A stretch of 64,000 nt of DNA from Eledone cirrhosa (taxonomy: Eukaryota). The stretch lies in assembly GCA_964016885.1 (NCBI GenBank), contig OZ024746.1:48980001-49044000 (forward strand), in the 5' to 3' direction. The stretch's first letter is position 1; the number at the start of each line of letters is the position of its first letter. The translations under genes were made by a program, and so were the position numbers. Below the pieces are notes generated by a model, which saw only the letters and a program-made list of their open reading frames with translations, had not been told where the DNA came from and did no database searches. This document shows positions 55,377-64,000 of the stretch, piece after piece.

Positions 55377-55442
55377 GAAAAGTATAGAAATTGTTGTAGC
55401 GAGAAGCTAACAGTATTCCATAACATATATATATATATATAT

Positions 55443-57668
55443 AAGAATTAAAATACTAGAGTGTGTTGGAGTTAAACACCCTCTTCATATTATAGAAATG
55501 ACAGTATAAGATATAGCTCAATGTAATTAAACAGAGCCGAAGAATTATAAAAAATAAACCAAAGAAGCCTTCAATACATCAAAAGTCTTTATTAGCCAAC
55601 AATGTTTCGTCCTATTAAGGACTGATAAGGGCAAGTAAAGCTACAAGAAGCACTATCGGCCAATACAAGCCAAAAACTCAGAAGAATATGGAGTATACAT
55701 CTATTAAAGCTTAGGAAAGATATCAAGGAAAAGTTGGCTAAGATTAAGAGTGAGCTGTTACAAACATAGATATAGACCAAATAGCAAGGAAGTGATTAAC
55801 ATGTTGAACCCACATTGTAAATATTGTATAATGCAAAAACTTGAAACACAAATGGTAATATAATGCGAGAATTACAGTACGATATAGAATATAATATAAT
55901 ATAATAGATGGTGATAATAAAAAGCTTAATATATGTTTATATATATCTATACATATATACATTAGTACAAATACAAACTAACACTTATTAAGTATTTAAA
56001 TATATATATATATTGTTTACAGTATAATATAATAAAGATAAAAATAAGAATAAAGATAAAAATAAAAATAAAATATAATATTTTATTTGCATAAACAATA
56101 TAAAAACATTATAATAACATTATAATAACAATATTATAATATATTGGCATCAAAAGATATACAAAATTACATAATATATATAATTCAAGGTTAACAAATA
56201 GTATACAGTTTTACACAGGGTAAGAAAAAAATCATATAGAACTAAATTGTGTTGAAAAAATTGTGTTGAAAAAATATCCATGCCATTGCAACAAATACAC
56301 GGAGGTCAAGTCATTTTACATTGGCATAAATATTACCAAAATATCACAAAATATTACAAAATATAACAGAACAGTACTTCAAATAACATATATTAAAATC
56401 TATAATACGATTACATAAAAATGATATGGTATAACAACGTTAATATCAAATATCAAACAGAGTCTAAGGAAATGCTTAATATATATATTTACGTGGTTGA
56501 CATACACAGACATGTATTAATGAAATTACATGAATCCGACAGACAGCGTGTGGTAGTAAAAAAATAAATTAAATAAACCGAAGATCGAAAAACAAAAACA
56601 AGTATATTTACTTAGGTGTCACAAGCGGTTAAGTAAAAGAAAAGATAGAAATGTAAGCGGAGAATTGACTAGAAAACCTTTTTAAATTAATTAATATTAA
56701 AAGTATTTAAAATACATATTTAGTCACTTCAAAATTGGCTAGAGTTTAAGTCATCAAAAACGTATAAGTTTGAGATATTTCAATAAAATTATCAAGAATA
56801 GAGTAAAATATTCTCCGTTCAGTCGAATAACGTTACCAAATAAAAGGACTCTAAATAGAACTATGGTAGACCAATGGGAACAGAAAGAAGAGAGGTTATG
56901 GTGGATAGGAAGGAGCATAAAAGTAAAATCAATATATTATATAATATCATAAAAGGAGCATAAAGTTGAAATTTATATATAGTATAATAGAAGGGGCGGA
57001 TATTAAGTGTGTAGAGGAGCAGGTACATTAGTTGAATGAGACTCCAACCAAAGTATTTAATAAGATATAAACTCATAAGGTGTTAGTAGTGAAACTATAA
57101 TAATACTTAAGAAGATAGATAGGGTATGGTAGCCAAAAGACTATGGAAACTAAAATCGAAAGGCTGTAAAAAACTAATAATAATAAAGATGATGGTAATC
57201 AAAATGAACCTAAACAAAAAAGATAAGGAAATATAGCAGCTAATGGATACGATTTAAACTACCAGAACTTTTAGGTCTATAATAGAAGAAAGAATTAGAA
57301 ATGGCCTGGGGGCAGGAAGAACATATCTCAGACTTTCTATTAAGCAAAACTTCCCTAGAGAAAATTATAGAGTGGGTCTCTAGGATACAGAGATTACAGA
57401 ATTTAGTGTGTGTTGATAGGTTATTAGAGCGTGCTACTATACGCCAATTAAGGCTATATGGCATGCCAGCCCCTTTAAGATCCCAGATATGGTGTGCTAA
57501 AGAAGTAGAGTTCTTAAACTTAACATGCTTAAAATTAGAGATATGAGAATTAAACCTAGTTTTAAAAGTATTAGATGTGGAGCCTATATATGTGCTATTA
57601 GAAGAATTAGTCTTAACTTCACAAGCATAAACAATGTTCCTAGAGAGGCAGTGACCATTTAAAGGCAT
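55443..57668 (-). mobile_element. 5'-truncated Naiad-type PLE (third family): GIY-YIG C-terminus (57240-57668) plus probable ~1.8-kb 3' UTR
   Basis: PLNGHCLSRNIVY..YIGST..FKTRFNSH..CNLCILE..LLNRKSE; decayed HHR at 55594-55633; 3' boundary inferred from (TA)n. Confidence 0.75.
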
Positions 57669-57680
57669 ATGTGTGTATAT

Positions 57681-57718
<38 letters not shown>

Positions 57719-58394
57719 CACTTCCTCCTGTGCGTGATCCTAATACGTGATCTCTGTGTTTGGTTTGTTTTATTTATTCAATTATAGACATATGTATACA
57801 CACTGACACACACACACGCACACACACACACACACACACACGCGCACCCCCCCCCATATATATATATATGTACAGAGAGGAAGAAAATAGGAGGTACGAT
57901 TGTGATAGGTATTTGCATTGATTGATAAATAGAAAGATATGTAGTTTTAATTCAGGACTCTATGTTTAACGTATTTATACTTACACTTGCATGTACACAT
58001 ATATATATTTAAGATGATTAATAAAAATATTCTTTTCTTGTACATACATATCTATATTTGTTTATTCACTCAAATTTAGAAAGCTTATATTTATTCCGGT
58101 ACGCATCACGTATATTTATTTAACTTTGCCATTCATATTAAGTATATACTCACATATACTTACGTACACTAACGTATATTCTTATCTTTATGTTTGGGTG
58201 GCTATACTTACACATACACGCATATATTTCAAAGTTGATAGTCTGACATCATAAATCCGAATATTGCTTATAAGAAATTGTTCTTTGGTGGTGCAATTGC
58301 CACTTCGGTTTTTGTCTTTCAGCTGTTGCTCAATATAATCCTTTAATTCATTGTTGTACGTACATGATCACTGATAAATTGTTTTATGTACTGC

Positions 58395-58435
<41 letters not shown>

Positions 58436-58799
58436 TTGAGATTTTTTCATGGGGAGGGGGATTTGGTATTAATGTATGAACAATGTTATTTAGATAACCA
58501 CGAAGTCGTGTTAAACGTGGGCTTACTGTATTTTCACACCCTAAATTCATTACGAGTTTTAACTTATGAATCACGCTCAGTGAGAATTTCTGAAGCAATA
58601 CATTTTTAAAGTATATAGCACATATATAGTTCTCTGCTTAATATTAAAAGTGTTTTGTCTCTTTATATAGAAGTTTAGTGTCTAGCAACGTAAATTTTGT
58701 TCATTTTATTGAGCCTGTCTTAAAATTGTATTCGCACTACGACGTTTCTCTTAAATATTCATTTCATAAGAACATATCAATAAAACAGTGAAAACTGCC

Positions 58800-58831
<32 letters not shown>

Positions 58832-58899
58832 GTGTGTATTGGCTAAGAACAAAACAAAAACAAGGAGTGCAGTTACGAAGATTAGGTATTAGGTTCACG

Positions 58900-58959
<60 letters not shown>

Positions 58960-58963
<4 letters not shown>

Positions 58964-59460
58964 TATGTACACGTACATACATATATGTATACAGACGTAC
59001 AGTAGTATGTATATATACATACATGCACACATATATATATGTACGTATGGATTCACCGAACATTTATTATAATGCTCGGTGTGTTTGTAAACAAACATCC
59101 CGTATTATGCCGTAGTGTCTAACAACCATCGTTGCTCGTTTGTTCAACACTAACAAAGGAACGCTGTACTAGTTTCAAGCTTATTAGCTATCGTCACCAA
59201 CGTATACCTTCCTGCCGGATTGTTGAACGTATATACTTATCTTATGCATATTAACGGCTGAGTAGCCCAATTTGCATATCGAGTGGGTTAATCGGCCGGG
59301 TGCACCGAAAACGATAAACGGAAAAAATGAAACGAAATTTCATTTCCCACTCTTAGTACGGCTGTTACTTAAATATAAGTATGTACACGTACATACATAT
59401 ATGTATACAGACGTACAGTAGTATGTATATATTTATATACATGCATGCACACATATATAT
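58960..59460 (-). mobile_element. Dispersed ~1.2-unit copy of family A
   Basis: Reverse complement of the 420-bp unit with ~80-bp terminal redundancy; core reads GTGACGA (C3G). Confidence 0.9.
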
Positions 59461-60087
59461 TGCTGGCCTTGTGCAAAAGGTAGAAACAGTTAATATATAT
59501 ATATAAATATATATATACAGATATATATATATATATACAGATATATATAACAAAGCGGAGGAGTATGGTATATATGTTGGGAAGAGATTATAACAGAGTA
59601 TATAATATAAGTAGGTATTGCACCAATAACAATATAAACTTTGGCTTTAACATATGATTGGTTGTTAATATACTGGTTTCAGATCGTTACAATCAGATAT
59701 CAATTGTCGTTAACTCATTAACTTATTTAGTTACTCGTTCAGTAAACGAGTAACTAAATACTACAAAGTATTCAATCCATTACACCATTTACCATTAGAA
59801 GAATTCGAGATTGATTTAGCTGCTTTTACTAGCAAAAATAACGACCCTGTCAAGACGAATTCCACTTTGGTTCGACTTTATCATCTAGATCAAGCATCGA
59901 TAAGTGACCCCTTGCTACATTCTTCAAAGAAAACGATAAACTGTTTTATATATCATGAGGTATGTTCAATAATCGATTTTTATTGAACCTTTCCGCTCGG
60001 AAACTAATCAACCCATTACGCTATCATGATATCAAGAAGAAAAAATTTCGATAATGTTTTGGCTGTCATTTGAAGAAAAGTTATGAG

Positions 60088-60157
<70 letters not shown>

Positions 60158-60178
60158 AATATATATATATATACAGAT

Positions 60179-60334
<156 letters not shown>

Positions 60335-60664
60335 TAAATATACATGTATGCATATATACATATATACATATATATATATGTGTATGCATATATACATATA
60401 TACATATATATATATATATGTATGCATATATACATATGTTTGTGTGTGTGTGTGTTTTATGTATATATGTATTTTTATAGTGTTGTTATGAGTTCAGATA
60501 TGTATGTATGCCAAATTACATAGAAACCGTTCCTATATCACTAAATGCACTGGAATGTTTGAAACATAAACCATTATCTGATTCCTCGTGTTTGTTCCTA
60601 AATATGGTTATGGTCAGTATATACATTATTGATATTATTGTTGAACCATGACACATAATCCATT

Positions 60665-60877
60665 ATGGATTGGCAGTATCTGTAGAGCGTCAGACACCAT
60701 GCTTTGCAGCGTAGAGTCATGGCTATTTACGTTCTGGGTTCAAATCCCTCCGAGGTTAGCTTTGCCTTTCATCCTTACGGGGTCGATAAAATAAAGCACC
60801 GTTAATGCACTGGGGTCGATTTAATCGACGCTCCCTTCCTCTTCAAATTGCTGGCCTTGTGCCTTAAATAGAGACAA
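60665..60877 (+). mobile_element. tRNA-derived SINE
   Basis: Same core as 38313-38524. Confidence 0.85.
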
Positions 60878-61404
60878 TTATTGAGTAGATATCTTATCAA
60901 AATGTATTCCTGCCATGATCATCTCGTCCTTCTCTAACACATTGCACGTATCTATGTCTAATTTATCGACAATATCTGTTGAATAATGTTTTTCAACTCA
61001 ATTACATAATGTAAAGCCCTATTGTATTTCGCCTTAGTATGCGTTGGTATTGTTATTGTTTAGCTCCTGTTCAATCTACATTGAAGTCACATATGATCAG
61101 AAATATTTCACACAAGATCATTTAATTTCTAAGCTTATAATTGTCCATGGTCAATAATCTGTTTAGATTTATATCCGTTCATATTATGCAATACGCGTTC
61201 CGTTTGTATAATTAAGATACTAGGTTGTTATTTGCTGGAAAGTTGATGTTTATTTGTAGCAGATACTTTAGACACATGGAGTCCCCCTCCTTGGCTAGAG
61301 ATGGTTTACAAAAACTAATTTTAGGAGGGGAAAAGAAACCATTGTATGAACAAGAGGAAGTCATATATAGCCTAATACCAGTCAACAGAATCAGTATTAA
61401 TATA

Positions 61405-61581
61405 ATTGTTTCTACTTTTGGCACAAGGCCAGTAATTACCCCAGTACTTTATTTTATCGACCCCGTAAGGATGAAAGGCAAAGTTAACCTCGGCGGGATT
61501 TGAACTTAGAATGGCAAGGGCCGTGACTTTATGCGTTTAAGCATGGCGTCCGACCCTCTACCGATACTGCCAATCCACCAA
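61405..61581 (-). mobile_element. tRNA-derived SINE
   Basis: Reverse complement of the same core. Confidence 0.85.
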
Positions 61582-64000
61582 GGCTCAAATATCGAACCTT
61601 GTGATTATAACTAGAATGATTACTTCTTGAGTCAAGGTTTTTAAATAAGCCGTATACTTTTGATTTTCATAAAATGTTGAATAGGTAAAAGATTGCAAAT
61701 AAACTCCAGTACGGTTGTTTTAAGTAAACGTTGGAGGACCCTTGTGGCGTGGTATGAAATGCCTTGTAGTATTTTTTCTTGCTGTCAGCCTTTTAAGTTC
61801 AAATGCCACTGATGCCGTATTTTCCTTTCACAAATCTGCGGGTGAGAAATAACCACCAATGAAGTATAGAACCTAGTTTTCTATCTCGATTGTTTTCTCT
61901 CGGTTAGAATTGTCTACATTGCGGAGGTGATATACAGAGTCCCTTCCTTCAGAAATAGAAAAGTATTGAGCCGAGAGAGGGTGCTAGCAAAATCTCCTCA
62001 TAGAGAAAACTGATATACTATGAGAAACATCCCCAAATTTACTGATGTGCTGTAAAAATGTGAACAGAAATAAAGAATAAAAATAAAGAAGGAAATTTAG
62101 ATATAAAACATAAATTGTTGTACATAGACATTTAGAGATTTTGTAGTACAGAATGTGTCATGCCTATGAGATTTTTTGCATAAGAATTGCAGAGAATGTG
62201 ATAGATTCAGAAGTATTTTATTTATGTACTAGAAAGTGAGCAATGTATTGACTTTGTTTTCTTGAAATTTGTAGTATGTGCATTTTGAGATTTGCCAGCT
62301 AGAGATTATTGAACGAGACAGATTAGATTGTCGAACTTTCCCCAGATTTACACTAACGCAAACAAAGAAATTACATTATTTAGTTAAAAATAGCCAGGCT
62401 TGGAAACATTCCATGATCTCTGTCTCTCTCTTCCCAGTCTCCTTCTCTCCTCCACCCACTGTCTTTCTCCCTCTCTCTCCTCATTTTTCCTCCTCCTCCT
62501 CATCATCATCACCATCACCCCTCTTCATTTTCCTCCCTTCCCTCTCCTCCTCCGCTTGATCATCATCATCATCATCATCATCATCCCCTCCTCCCTCGTT
62601 GTCGTCGTCGTCATAGTAGTAGTAGTGGTTGTTATTGTTTTTGTTGATATTCTTGCTAACTTTTATATATTTTTATAACTATTGCGTCGCCCCGCTCTGT
62701 TTATTTTTCCTTCGTATGTTGTGTTGCTAATACTGTGTTTAATATTACCCAGTATGTTTTTATATTCGTACATTTCTCTTGGAATTCGGATTTAGACACA
62801 TTTAAGTTCATATTAATTTCATAAATATTAATACTTTTTTTTCAAATTCAAATACTAATTGTGAAAGAGCGAGTAATAGTCACCCGAGAAGGAGAAAAGA
62901 GCACGAAAGAGATTTGTAAAAGCAAACTAAATCCGGAATATTATTAATTCCTAGAGTAGATAGGAGAGAAAATAGACAAATCTATTTATAACTTAAAGAA
63001 TAATACGTTGTTTATATACTGGCGGTAAACTAGCTAAACAGTCTAGATTGCTTTCTGGCTGGAACATCATAAAATGGAAAAAGAAAAATTCTTGAATGTT
63101 GGGAAAGGATAAATTGACTGATTCAATATATCGATAAATTTCACTATTACATCACTTGGATATTTTCCAGGTGGATAATGATGTAATAAGGTAGGACGAG
63201 AGATGGCTGGAAAACAATAAAAGTTGAATACATGATAAATATCTAAATAGTGAATAATATACAAAAGTAACTTATACTTGAATAAACTACCATTCTGATA
63301 CTAAAATTGAACGTATAATGTAATTATGTTATATTCATATACAATATTATATTATATATTTAGATAAATAAGTTTAGAAATGTTCATGGTATAACAATAT
63401 ATCTGTTAGTGACTGGCCACCTTCTGCTTCGTGTGAGGATGTGATTTTGTTGATCTCCTGGACATTAATGCATTATTTATAATTAATTTATCGGATTTCG
63501 AAGAATCATACGCAAGGCATGATCCAAATTAGATGCTGCAAATTATCCAGACTGGCTTTCAATTATATGGGCGATGTCTAAAGTTTCGGTCTACATTTTA
63601 TAACACATTATAAATTATATTCAGGATTCAATGAATAATAGAACTTAAAACCTATGAATGATATATCTTGTGCAATAAAACCATGAATGCTGAATTCACA
63701 TTTATTTTATGGACTTTCATATCTCCCACGTTACATCTTAAATAACGAAAAACAATATTTTGTTAGATTACAGTGCTTGTTAAAATATGTTAACATTGAT
63801 TTAGGTAATAAACGTAAAACTTTTTATATAATGTTGTCGTATATAATAATGTTCGGAATGGAATATTATATTACATACTTACACGGCAATAAATAGACTA
63901 CCAGACAAGAAGCTATTGCAATTATATATATATATTTATATATATATATATATTCATATATTTTATCCAACCTCTCTATTTCGGCCTATATATGAATATA

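Noticed and set aside
58730-58792. HHR-like remnant (ttgatatg..gaaacgtcgta, minus strand)
   Set aside because: Stem I does not pair and the core is incomplete

Overview
AT-rich animal genomic DNA with no recognisable host gene. The dense (TA)n tracts and the tRNA-derived SINE family resemble octopod cephalopods; this is inference, not a database result. The window is almost entirely retroelements and microsatellites. (1) Naiad-type Penelope-like elements (PLEs; RT + GIY-YIG): one near-full-length copy with pseudo-LTRs carrying a U3-A8 variant hammerhead ribozyme (HHR), plus 3' fragments. (2) At least five small non-coding HHR-containing repeat families (retrozyme-like): units of ~420, ~445, 310 and ~477 bp, and an 850-bp palindrome, all lying in (TA)n. 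(3) A dispersed ~600-615-bp tandem non-coding family with covarying helices and a conserved pseudoknot but no canonical HHR; this is the most novel-looking signal. (4) Five Tx1/L1-like LINE copies stacked in (GATA)n. (5) Dong/R4-clade RLE LINEs in (AAT)n. (6) SINEs, a MITE and long palindromes. All structure calls were made by eye; no folding or database searches were run, and element boundaries are approximate.
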